Of a DNA stretch of 64,000 nucleotides, positions 40,141 to 49,278 are shown piece after piece; position 1 is the stretch's first letter; each line of letters opens with the position of its first letter. The notes under the pieces are model-generated. The model saw only the letters and a list, made by a program, of their open reading frames with translations. It was not told where the DNA came from and ran no database searches. The DNA is taken from assembly GCA_963733035.1 (NCBI GenBank), contig CAVTBU010000005.1, positions 96,001 through 160,000 of the forward strand, given 5' to 3'. The stretch is from Pirellulales bacterium (GTDB lineage Bacteria > Planctomycetota > Planctomycetia > Pirellulales > PALSA-1355). The translations under genes and the position numbers were made by a program.

Positions 40141-41757
40141 ATGGTCCGTTCGAAGCTAGCCGACAGAATTCAGCCGAATGTCGAACCTCGTGCGGGCGGC
40201 GTCAGAGCGTCAGGCTTACACCGTGCATGCTGTCGGCCAGTGTTGGTCTTGCTGGTCGCTATTATGCCGTTGATGGCGCGAAGCGAGGAAACGGACGCCG
40301 GCCGAAACATGTTGGACATCGGCTCGCAGCGCGAGCTATTTGTCGATGACTTTCTGATCGAACGGTTGAGCGACGATGCGCGGCTGCAGCTCCATCATCC
40401 GACACCGCGCGAAATAGCACTTGTGCACGATGCCCCCTGGGAAGGAACTGGCAGCGGCTACCACAGTGTGTTTCGAGACGGCGACCGCTACCGCATGTAC
40501 TACAAGGCCTGGCACCTCAACGTCCAACAGGGGAAACTCGACACCGGCCGCCATCCTCTGTACTGCTGCTACGCCGAAAGCCACGACGGAAGACACTGGC
40601 GAAAACCCGACTTAGCCCTGTACGAGATTGAAGGCTCAACGAAAAACAACGTCGTTATGGTCAGCGGAACAGAGGGTCCGCTGAGCGTCGATGCCGGTCA
40701 CCCTGCAGTCTTCAAGGACGACAATCCCAACGCATCGCCCGATGCACGGTACAAAGCAATCTTTCGTTCTTCCGGCACCAGTGGCTTGCTCCCCTTCAAG
40801 TCGCCAGATGGCATCCATTGGTCTCCCATGAGTTCGGCACCGATCCTTGGCGGGCTCGGCGCATTCGACTCACAAAACCTCGCATTCTGGGACACCTCCC
40901 TCGGCCAGTATCGCGCGTACTGGCGCATCTTCACCGATGGCGTACGCGCCATTCGAACAGCGACGTCCAACGATCTGCTTCAGTGGAGTGAGCCGCACGA
41001 CTTAACCTACGTCGATTCGCCACCCGAGCACCTCTACACCAACCAGGTCAAGCCATACTACCGCGCCCCGCACCTATTGATCGGGTTCCCCACGCGCTAT
41101 GTCGACCGTGGTTGGTCGGACTCCATGAAGGCACTGCCCGAATTGGAACATCGGCGCTTGCGCTCCTCGTCGACCGAACGATACGGAACCGCGATCACCG
41201 AAGGATTGCTGATGGCCGGGCGCGACGGCGTGAGATTCAAACGCTGGAACGAAGCGTTTCTACGCCCGGGAATTGAACGACCTGGCACGTGGAACTACGG
41301 AAACCAATACATCGCCTGGCACGTCGTCGAAACAGAGTCCGCATTGGAAGGCGCTCCGAACGAGCTTTCGCTTTATGCCACGGAGAGCTATTGGACCGGC
41401 AAAGGCAGTGCGCTGCGCCGCTACACGTTGCGCCTAGACGGTTTCGTATCGGTCAATGCCCCCATGAGCGGCGGGGAGCTTGTGACAAAACTCTTCCGCT
41501 TTGACGGCCGGCGGTTGTGTTTGAATTTTGCAACCTCGGCTGCCGGCGGCCTCCGCGTCGAAATCCAACGACCAGACGGTCAGCCCGTCCCAGGATTCGC
41601 TTTGGCAGACTGTAGCGAAGTGTTCGGCGATTCACTGGATCGAGCCGTGACCTGGAAGAATGGAACGGATGTCAGTTCCTTGAGCGGTCAGCCCGTGCGG
41701 CTGCGGTTCGTGCTAAAGGACGCGGACCTTTACGCTTTGCAGTTCGCAAAAGACTAA
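40141..41757 (+). CDS. Five-bladed-propeller glycosidase-like protein, paralog of 34398-35954
   Basis: RELFVDD, PWEG, FDSQNLAFWD, GFPTRY and LRLDGF are shared. Start codon uncertain. Confidence 0.8.
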   Translation: MVRSKLADRIQPNVEPRAGGVRASGLHRACCRPVLVLLVAIMPLMARSEETDAGRNMLDIGSQRELFVDDFLIERLSDDARLQLHHPTPREIALVHDAPWEGTGSGYHSVFRDGDRYRMYYKAWHLNVQQGKLDTGRHPLYCCYAESHDGRHWRKPDLALYEIEGSTKNNVVMVSGTEGPLSVDAGHPAVFKDDNPNASPDARYKAIFRSSGTSGLLPFKSPDGIHWSPMSSAPILGGLGAFDSQNLAFWDTSLGQYRAYWRIFTDGVRAIRTATSNDLLQWSEPHDLTYVDSPPEHLYTNQVKPYYRAPHLLIGFPTRYVDRGWSDSMKALPELEHRRLRSSSTERYGTAITEGLLMAGRDGVRFKRWNEAFLRPGIERPGTWNYGNQYIAWHVVETESALEGAPNELSLYATESYWTGKGSALRRYTLRLDGFVSVNAPMSGGELVTKLFRFDGRRLCLNFATSAAGGLRVEIQRPDGQPVPGFALADCSEVFGDSLDRAVTWKNGTDVSSLSGQPVRLRFVLKDADLYALQFAKD

Positions 41758-41774
41758 GCGGGAGGAGTGACGGC

Positions 41775-42011
41775 GTGAAACACTTGAATCTTCTGGCGGT
41801 CACGTGCCTGCTGATCTCGACCGCGGTTCCGGCAGCCTGCTTGGCCGAGAAGGCACTCTGGATTCATCCGAATTGCAAGCCCCTGCCGACCGACAAGCTT
41901 GGTCCCTTTGTACACACAAGCCGCGGCGTGCTGGCCATTGACACCCGATCAAGCTATGTCAGTGACGACGGCGGTCGAACCTGGTCGGAGCCAGGAAAGC
42001 CGGCTCGATGA
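41775..42011 (+). pseudogene. Truncated sialidase-like gene
   Basis: GGAGGAG RBS, signal peptide, one Asp box SDDGGRTW, then stop. Confidence 0.6.
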
Positions 42012-42043
42012 GATGCAACGGCCAGTCTATCAAGAGACGGATC

Positions 42044-43303
42044 ATGTCACTCCGAAACCAACTCCTGGCCCTGCTTAGCTGCTTGTTGCTCAACATAGTG
42101 TCGACGTCGGCAAACGCGTTCGAGCCCCCTGCCGAGAACCGACAGTCGCTCACGTTGCTTAAATTCGACGTAAAGCTCGAAACCGTCCTTGCGCACGACG
42201 ATGGAAAATGGATTTGGTTTCATCCCCGCGTGGCAGCAATTCCCCAAGGTAAAGATCAGTGCCCTCTGGTTGTGATGGCACTGCAGAAGCATCTGCAAAT
42301 CTCCGACTATTATTCCGGGTTGAGTCTGATGCAAACGCGCGATCTGGGACAAACCTGGACCGAGCCAAACCCGCGTGCGGAGCTCGCCTGGGAAGAGCAC
42401 GAAAACGGCGTCACGATTGCCGTGGCCGATGTCACGCCAGGCTGGCACTCGCCAACGGGAAAGGTGCTGCTCATCGGCGCGCGCGTGCGCTACAGCAAAA
42501 ACGGCCGCCAATTGGAAGACCAGACCCGCGCGCATCAAACCGCCTATGCCGTCTACAATCCTCAATCGGGCGACTGCTCGAAGTGGCGCATCTTGGAAAT
42601 GCCTCCCGACGAGAAATTCAATTTCGCCCGCAGCGCCTGTGCCCAGTGGCTCGTTCAGCCAGACGGAACGCTTCTGCTGCCGTTTTACTTCTCTGCCTCG
42701 GCCACTGTGCCTCACTCGGTCACGGTCGTGCAGTGCACGTTCGATGGAAGCGACGTGCGATACGCGCGGCACGGAGACGAGATCGCGCTAGACGTCGAGC
42801 GGGGTTTGGTCGAGCCCTCAATTGCGCGCTACCACGACGACTACTTTCTGACCCTCCGCAACGACCGCACAGCTTATGTGACTCACGGCTCCGACGGGCT
42901 TCACTTCGAACCGATCAAACCGTGGACGTTTGACGACGACCAGCAGCTCGGCAGTTACAACACGCAGCAGCATTGGCTCGTGCACAGTCAGGGTTTGTTT
43001 CTGGTCTACACACGCCGCGGAGCCAACAACGATCACATCGTTCGCCACCGGGCGCCCCTGTTCATGGCGCAGGTCGATCCTGTTAAGCTCCAGGTGATTC
43101 GCGAAACAGAACGCGTCGTCGTGCCCGAACGGGGGGCAACGCTCGGCAATTTTGGTGCCGCGGACATCAATGCCCACGAATCTTGGGTGACCGTCGCCGA
43201 AGGTGTTTGGAACGACAAAGCGCGCGAGCGAGGCGCAACAGGAGCCGTGTTTGTGGCCCGCATTCTCTGGTCCCAGCCAAATGAGCTGGAGCCTGCACAG
43301 TAG
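42044..43303 (+). CDS. Secreted BNR/sialidase-like protein
   Basis: Signal peptide, TRDLGQTW, EPSI, GSYNTQQHW and LGNF. Confidence 0.8.
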   Translation: MSLRNQLLALLSCLLLNIVSTSANAFEPPAENRQSLTLLKFDVKLETVLAHDDGKWIWFHPRVAAIPQGKDQCPLVVMALQKHLQISDYYSGLSLMQTRDLGQTWTEPNPRAELAWEEHENGVTIAVADVTPGWHSPTGKVLLIGARVRYSKNGRQLEDQTRAHQTAYAVYNPQSGDCSKWRILEMPPDEKFNFARSACAQWLVQPDGTLLLPFYFSASATVPHSVTVVQCTFDGSDVRYARHGDEIALDVERGLVEPSIARYHDDYFLTLRNDRTAYVTHGSDGLHFEPIKPWTFDDDQQLGSYNTQQHWLVHSQGLFLVYTRRGANNDHIVRHRAPLFMAQVDPVKLQVIRETERVVVPERGATLGNFGAADINAHESWVTVAEGVWNDKARERGATGAVFVARILWSQPNELEPAQ

Positions 43304-43306
43304 CGG

Positions 43307-44296
43307 CTATTGCGTGGCTGGCTCGTCGACGCTGTCGCGCATTATGTCGACGCTGTCGCGCATTATACCGGTCCGACTTCCGGCCGTTTCCAACACCACG
43401 CCCACACTCTCTCCTTCCGCGACGCGAGAACAGGTCCGCAGCACTAGCACGATGCCGGCAAGTTGCGAATGGACCTCATGTGCGGTATTGCCCGTGGAGT
43501 CCGTCACCGTCCCGAGAAGATCTCCCGCTCCGACACTTTGACCGAGCTTTACCGCCGGCTCAAAGAAGCCCGTGATCGGCGATGGATTACAGATTTGCAT
43601 GTGGCCCGAGTCCGGCCTTGGATCCTCGATGGCAAGTTCAATCCGGCACGTCGGCGCGGGCAGGTCGATCATCTTCAGCAGCCGCATGATATTCAGGCAG
43701 CCGTGGAAATAGGCATCAACCCCCTCGCTGTCGCATAACCCCGAACCATGATACTCGGCATAGATCGCCGGCACTCTCGCATCGCGTGCCACCGAAAGCG
43801 ATCGCCCTTCCAACGTGCTGGCCGTGCCCCAGACGATTGGCAAATTAATTGCCTCTGCCATTCTTCGCTGCCAGTCGAGGACTTGAGCGTCCGCATGCAG
43901 CATGTATCCGCTCATTGGGAGCACCGAAAACGCGGTTCCGCCGGAGTGCAAATCGACGTAGAAGTCGGCGGAGCGAATCAACTCGCTTAGGGCGTGCGCG
44001 GTACGTTCCGTCACGGTTCCGTCCGGCTTGCCAGGGCACACCCGAGCCAGGTCCAATCCGTCCTCGGCCGTGCGTGCCCCGCGCAGAAACGCCGCCTCGT
44101 TCACGACCGGAACCAGGGTCAGCGTTCCCCTTTTTAACCGACTGTTTGCATCACCCGCGGTGAAGTTTCGGATCAGCCGCCGAATCGCCGCCATTGGTTC
44201 GAACTCATCGCCGTGCACGCCCCCGGTAACTAATAGGTGCGGTCCTGGCGCACGGGCCGAAAGCCGTACCCTCGGAATCTCGGTCTTGCCGGACAT
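43307..44296 (-). CDS. Succinylglutamate desuccinylase/aspartoacylase (M14) family deacylase
   Basis: GGVHGDE, DLAR and VDLHSG. Confidence 0.9.
   Translation of the reverse strand: MSGKTEIPRVRLSARAPGPHLLVTGGVHGDEFEPMAAIRRLIRNFTAGDANSRLKRGTLTLVPVVNEAAFLRGARTAEDGLDLARVCPGKPDGTVTERTAHALSELIRSADFYVDLHSGGTAFSVLPMSGYMLHADAQVLDWQRRMAEAINLPIVWGTASTLEGRSLSVARDARVPAIYAEYHGSGLCDSEGVDAYFHGCLNIMRLLKMIDLPAPTCRIELAIEDPRPDSGHMQICNPSPITGFFEPAVKLGQSVGAGDLLGTVTDSTGNTAHEVHSQLAGIVLVLRTCSRVAEGESVGVVLETAGSRTGIMRDSVDIMRDSVDEPATQ
43325..43366. repeat. Perfect 21-bp tandem duplication
   Basis: GTCGACGCTGTCGCGCATTAT x2, encoding IMRDSVD twice. Confidence 0.9.
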
Positions 44297-44299
44297 TGC

Positions 44300-45088
44300 T
44301 CAGCCTCGCGACGGAATCTGGGCAGCGGACCGACAATCCTTGAAGCGAAATCCACCGTCGACCGGTAGCACCGCACCCGTGATATAGTCCGCGGCGTCCG
44401 ATGTCAGAAAGACGGCGGCCAGACCGACGTCTTGCGAAGTGCCCAGCCTGCCCCACGGCAACTTTGCGCCTTCCTCCCGAATCGTTGACGCATCGAACAC
44501 TTCATGCTCCCCGGGAGTATCGGTCCAACCCGGTTCAATGACATTGACGTTGATGCGGTGGTTTGACAACTCAACCGACATAACTCGGGCCATGTGATTC
44601 AATCCGGCCTTGGCTGCACAATAGGCGACGCTCTGCGCCAACGGCATTTCGGCCATTACGCTGGAGATGAACACGATCTTTCCACCGCGGCCCCGGTCGA
44701 CCTGATGTTTGGCAACACGTTGGCTTACATGAAAGCCACTGATGAGCGTGGCCTGGATCACTTTTTCGAAGTCATCGGGGTCGTATTCAAGAAAATCGCG
44801 CCTGACACCAAATGCGGGATTACTGATCAAGATGTCGATTCCGTCGGCAACTCGTAGCGCGTCGGCCACGAGCGTATCGCAACCAGACCGCGAAAACACA
44901 TCGGCCTCGACGACGTAGCACTTTCGACCAAGGGCGCGAAGCTCTTCGGCGGTCGCGGCAAGGTCGGCACTTCCCGGACGATCGTTGACGACCACGTCGG
45001 CCCCTTCACGTGCCAGCTCCAATGCACACCCTTTACCGATGCCGCGGCCCGCGCCGGTGACCAGTGCCGTTTTGCCAAGTAGCTTCAT
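44300..45088 (-). CDS. SDR oxidoreductase
   Basis: TGAGRGIG, YCAAK, PGWTDT and VDGG. Confidence 0.93.
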   Translation of the reverse strand: MKLLGKTALVTGAGRGIGKGCALELAREGADVVVNDRPGSADLAATAEELRALGRKCYVVEADVFSRSGCDTLVADALRVADGIDILISNPAFGVRRDFLEYDPDDFEKVIQATLISGFHVSQRVAKHQVDRGRGGKIVFISSVMAEMPLAQSVAYCAAKAGLNHMARVMSVELSNHRINVNVIEPGWTDTPGEHEVFDASTIREEGAKLPWGRLGTSQDVGLAAVFLTSDAADYITGAVLPVDGGFRFKDCRSAAQIPSRG

Positions 45089-45107
45089 TGCTATAGACCT
45101 CTCGCGA

Positions 45108-45947
45108 CTAGGAACCATAGACGGCATCCAGCTCCGCCGAGCGGTTCTTCAGCATCTCCATGAACGCCCCAAAATCGCCGCCGTAGGCAATCAATTGGGC
45201 ACCCTGCCCATGGAGCTCTTGCACCTGCTGGCTGGTCGACGCCGGACAACCCCAAGCAATGCCGTGACGTTTCGCCGCAGTCGCCACTCGTCGCAGGGCA
45301 TTCTCCAAAGTCAGGTCGGTCTCGGTGCGTCGAATTCGCATCCCCAGATCGCCGGGCCCGACGAATAGCCCGTCAACGCCTTTGATTGCCGCGATTTCTT
45401 CCACATTTTCGACGGCCTGCGGCGTTTCGATTTGCACAACAAGAAACGTCTCTCGATTCGCGGCATCCACAAACTCGTCGCCGCCTTGCAAATAGAAGTC
45501 GGCGTCCAACCCCGCCCCGTCAAGTCCTCGGTCTCCTAGCGGTGGAAATTTTACGGCCCGTACCAGACTGCGGGCTTCATCGGCCGTCGAAACTCGCGGG
45601 ATCATTAGGCCCGTCGCGCCGTCTTCCAGGTATCGATACAACTTCGCGTTTTCCAGGGTCGGCGCACGGAGCATACAGTCGATATCACTCAGATGAAAAT
45701 ACGCTAACAACGACTGCACCTCCCGCTGGCTCATCGCGCGGTGCTCCAGGTCGAGCCAGATACAGTCGTAGCCAAAATGGCTCGCGAGACGGATATAGGC
45801 GGGAATGAAGTGCCCCAGCGAACACATCCGAACGGGCTTTCCAGTCCGCAGCTTTGTCAAAGTTTTGCTGGTGCGCAAGGTCGGTCCTTTCGAAGGATGA
45901 TGCAACGACGGCGGGGCTGGAGCCTGCTCCAACCGATTCTGCTTCAA
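45108..45947 (-). CDS. HpcH/HpaI class II aldolase
   Basis: WLDLEH, FPPLGDRG, VQIET and FVGPGDL. Confidence 0.9.
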   Translation of the reverse strand: MKQNRLEQAPAPPSLHHPSKGPTLRTSKTLTKLRTGKPVRMCSLGHFIPAYIRLASHFGYDCIWLDLEHRAMSQREVQSLLAYFHLSDIDCMLRAPTLENAKLYRYLEDGATGLMIPRVSTADEARSLVRAVKFPPLGDRGLDGAGLDADFYLQGGDEFVDAANRETFLVVQIETPQAVENVEEIAAIKGVDGLFVGPGDLGMRIRRTETDLTLENALRRVATAAKRHGIAWGCPASTSQQVQELHGQGAQLIAYGGDFGAFMEMLKNRSAELDAVYGS

Positions 45948-46133
45948 TTGAAATCACTGATTGCCCGATTCTGTTGATCGGCAATGTGGGGTATCATCCA
46001 CCGGATGACGGCGCGCGGTCAAGAACGGCGGGCGATTTTGGCAGCGAGCGGGCGTTTTTGGCCGGACGAAGTCGCCGAGGCAAAACAGATTTCGCGCATC
46101 GTTTGAACTCACCTGAATTGACGGGACCGCATC

Positions 46134-47051
46134 ATGCCATCGCGACAAGTCTATCTATCAGGCGAGATGTTGGCGGAAGAGGATGCCAAGATCTCGATTT
46201 TCGACAGCGCGGTACTGTTAGGCGACACCGTGACGGAATCCACTCGCACGTTCGCCCACAAACCGTTTAAGCTCGAAGCGCACGTCGAACGCCTGTTCAA
46301 ATCACTTAAAGTGACGCGGATCGATCCCGGGTGCGACGCAGCGGCGATGGTGCGAATCTCTCGCGAGGTCCTGGACGCCAATCTTGCGAGCTCGGCTCCC
46401 CACGAAGATTGCTGGTTGGTTCACAACATCTCTCGAGGGATCAGCGTGACCGGGCCTGATCCGACCGTCCAACGCGGACCGGCCACCGTCATGATTTACA
46501 CGTTGCCGATGGATCTTCGTGGCTGGGCCGCGTTCTACCAGCAAGGCTGCCATGCAGTGACGTCAATGAGCCGCATCATCCCGTCGCAGTCGCTGGATGC
46601 ACGAATCAAGAACCGCAGCCGCATGGCATACACGCTGGCCGAAATCGAAGTCAAGCTCGTCGACCCGGACGCACAGGGTATCTTACTCGACATTCACGGC
46701 AACGTGGCTGAGAACAAGGGGGGCAACGTGTTTCTGGTTTCCGACGGTCAGCTGAAGACTCCCGATGCCTCCAATTGTCTGGCAGGGATCAGCCGCGAAA
46801 CCGTTCTGGAGCTGGCGGCCGAGTTGAATATCACGACCTGTGAAACGCATCTGCAGCCATACGACTTGTATACGGCTGACGAGGTTTTTTTCACGAGTAC
46901 GCCGTACTGCATCATGCCGGCAACAAAATTCAATGGACTTCCGGTCGGCGACGGCGCGGTCGGCCCCATCACGCGGCGATTGTTAACCGCTTGGAGCAAA
47001 CTCGTTGGTGTCGACATCGTACGTCAGGCACTAGATCAGTTGAAATCGTAA
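46134..47051 (+). CDS. Class IV PLP aminotransferase
   Basis: ESTRT, LDARIKNRSR, LAGISR and ADEVFFTST. Confidence 0.9.
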   Translation: MPSRQVYLSGEMLAEEDAKISIFDSAVLLGDTVTESTRTFAHKPFKLEAHVERLFKSLKVTRIDPGCDAAAMVRISREVLDANLASSAPHEDCWLVHNISRGISVTGPDPTVQRGPATVMIYTLPMDLRGWAAFYQQGCHAVTSMSRIIPSQSLDARIKNRSRMAYTLAEIEVKLVDPDAQGILLDIHGNVAENKGGNVFLVSDGQLKTPDASNCLAGISRETVLELAAELNITTCETHLQPYDLYTADEVFFTSTPYCIMPATKFNGLPVGDGAVGPITRRLLTAWSKLVGVDIVRQALDQLKS

Positions 47052-47063
47052 CCGACGACGAAT

Positions 47064-48863
47064 GTGCCTGCCAGGCGCTCGCCATGGCGAGTCATGGGTA
47101 GATATGGGACTTTGCACCGCAACCGACTACTTGCTGAAGATCACGCGGTGCGCGACGCCGTCTCTCGCGCAAATTCCAGGCGAGTGTTGCTTGTTGCCGC
47201 CTACCTCGTCCTGGCCGGCGGAACAGCCACTGCAGCGGAAGTGGGTGGCGCTGCTCCCAATTCCAACCCACGCCCGCTCGGGCTGCAGCCGCTCGACTGG
47301 GCGATTGTCGCAATTTATGCGCTCTCCACGATTGCCCTGGGCGTCTACTTCAGTCGACGGCAGCGCTCGACAGAAGAGTATTTCATTGGTAGCGGCAACA
47401 TGAATCCGCTGCTAATCGGCGTCTCCTTGTTCGCGACGCTGTTGAGCACAATTTCGTATTTGTCGATGCCTGGCGAAGCAGCCGGCAAAGGACCGGTTCA
47501 CTTGCTGGGGCTGATTTCGATGCCGCTGGTGTTTTTGGTGGTCGCGGTGTGGCTAATTCCCGTGTACATGAAAAATCGAGCCAACAGTGCGTATGAACTG
47601 CTCGAAGCGCGTCTGGGCCTGAGCGTGCGTCTGTTGGGGGCGACCATGTTCCTCATGCTTAGGCTCGTTTGGATGACCTTGTTGGTCTATCTGGCCGGCA
47701 AAGCACTCGCAGACATGATGCACGTCAGTGCCTCTTGGGTACCCCTCATTGTCGCCGTCACCGGCGGCGTCTCCCTGATCTATACGACGATGGGCGGGCT
47801 GCGAGCGGTGGTCATTACCGATTTCATGCAGACCATTCTGCTTTTCGGTGGAGCACTGCTGGTAATCGCGACGGTCACCTGGGATTTCGGCGGATTCGGC
47901 TGGTTTCCCACCACGTGGCAACCGAACTGGGATACGCAACCGGTCTTCAGTACCGACCCGAAGACTCGAGTTACCGTCGTGGGGACTCTCATTTCCATAC
48001 TGATCTGGTACGTGGCCACGGTCGGCGGCGATCAAACTTCGGTACAAAGATTCATGGCGACCCGCGACGCGAATGCGGCCCGTTGGGCACTCGCAACGCA
48101 ACTGACTGTCGGCGCAATCGTGAATGTTACGTTGTTTGCCGTCGGCTTCGCCCTGCTAGGCTACTACGAGGCGAACCCCGGCCAACTCCGACCGAACCTG
48201 ACCGTCAGCCAAAATGCCGATCAGCTGTTTCCCATATTCATCTCGGATCAACTCCCCGTGGGAATTTCCGGTCTAGTCGTCGCGGCCATGTTCGCCGCGG
48301 CCATGTCGAGTATCGATTCGGGCGTAAATTCGATCACCGCGGTGGTAATGACCGACTTTCTCGACCGTTTTGGCCTCAAGCCGAAGACCGAAAAAGGACA
48401 CGTACGCGTCGCACGGTTGCTGGCCTTCGGGATTGGCGCCGTGGTCGTCCTCGGAAGTTCATTCGTCGAGTACATCGAAGGAAATATCACGGTCGTCACG
48501 AACAAAACCGCCAACCTCCTGACAACTCCTATTTTCGCACTGTTTGTCTTCGCCATCTTCATCAAACGCGCGACGCCGTTCGGAGCGTGGGTCGGTGCGT
48601 TTTTCGGCACGTTGACCGCTGCGGCGATCGCATTCTCAGGACCGCTGGTCTATCTGGCACATGCGCAGTTTGGCTTGGATCCGACGTCGTTCGGTGTCGA
48701 GTTGATTCGAAAAACCGACCCCGTCAGCGGACAAACCTGGATGACCGCCGAGGATCCAATTAGCTTTCAGTGGATTGCCCCGGTCGCCCTGGCCGTCAAT
48801 CTTTTCACTGGATACGTTGCCTGCCGCCTGTTCCCGCGAGTCGGTACGAATGACGAAGATTGA
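47064..48863 (+). CDS. Sodium:solute symporter
   Basis: SLFATLLSTISY, GGLRAVVITD, DQTSVQR, AAAMSSIDS and many transmembrane helices. Confidence 0.93.
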   Translation: MPARRSPWRVMGRYGTLHRNRLLAEDHAVRDAVSRANSRRVLLVAAYLVLAGGTATAAEVGGAAPNSNPRPLGLQPLDWAIVAIYALSTIALGVYFSRRQRSTEEYFIGSGNMNPLLIGVSLFATLLSTISYLSMPGEAAGKGPVHLLGLISMPLVFLVVAVWLIPVYMKNRANSAYELLEARLGLSVRLLGATMFLMLRLVWMTLLVYLAGKALADMMHVSASWVPLIVAVTGGVSLIYTTMGGLRAVVITDFMQTILLFGGALLVIATVTWDFGGFGWFPTTWQPNWDTQPVFSTDPKTRVTVVGTLISILIWYVATVGGDQTSVQRFMATRDANAARWALATQLTVGAIVNVTLFAVGFALLGYYEANPGQLRPNLTVSQNADQLFPIFISDQLPVGISGLVVAAMFAAAMSSIDSGVNSITAVVMTDFLDRFGLKPKTEKGHVRVARLLAFGIGAVVVLGSSFVEYIEGNITVVTNKTANLLTTPIFALFVFAIFIKRATPFGAWVGAFFGTLTAAAIAFSGPLVYLAHAQFGLDPTSFGVELIRKTDPVSGQTWMTAEDPISFQWIAPVALAVNLFTGYVACRLFPRVGTNDED

Positions 48864-49278
48864 ATCCTGCCACGAGTGTTCGAATTCCCGGCCGATCAAC
48901 GTGGAGGACTTCTGCGCCATCGTCTATCACGCGATATGGCCGGAAGCTCGACGACTTGCTGATCGCCACGTCCAGCCGTGCCGTTCACCGGCCATCCGGT
49001 GGCGAGGTGCTGCCGCGTTGCCTTAGCGACGCAGGCACGCGTGGGCGGGCGGGCAATTGTTCGTGGCCCGCTCGCGTAAGATCATCGCGGTCATCGTAAG
49101 AATCTCGGTCAATCCACGAGAATTGTGCAAGCTGCCCCTGTCCTATCGGCCGCCGTTTTGCCGGGATCTTGGTCTATTTACAAACTTTACCCGGCGCTGC
49201 GACAGGATTACACTTGTAGTTCATTCCCGCCCGAGTTCTTCCCGCCTATTTTGCCCCTCCTTGCCGGAGTGCGTTCTG

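Noticed and set aside
43325..43366. Functional significance of the 21-bp duplication
   Set aside because: It is an in-frame duplication in a C-terminal tail, most likely neutral slippage.
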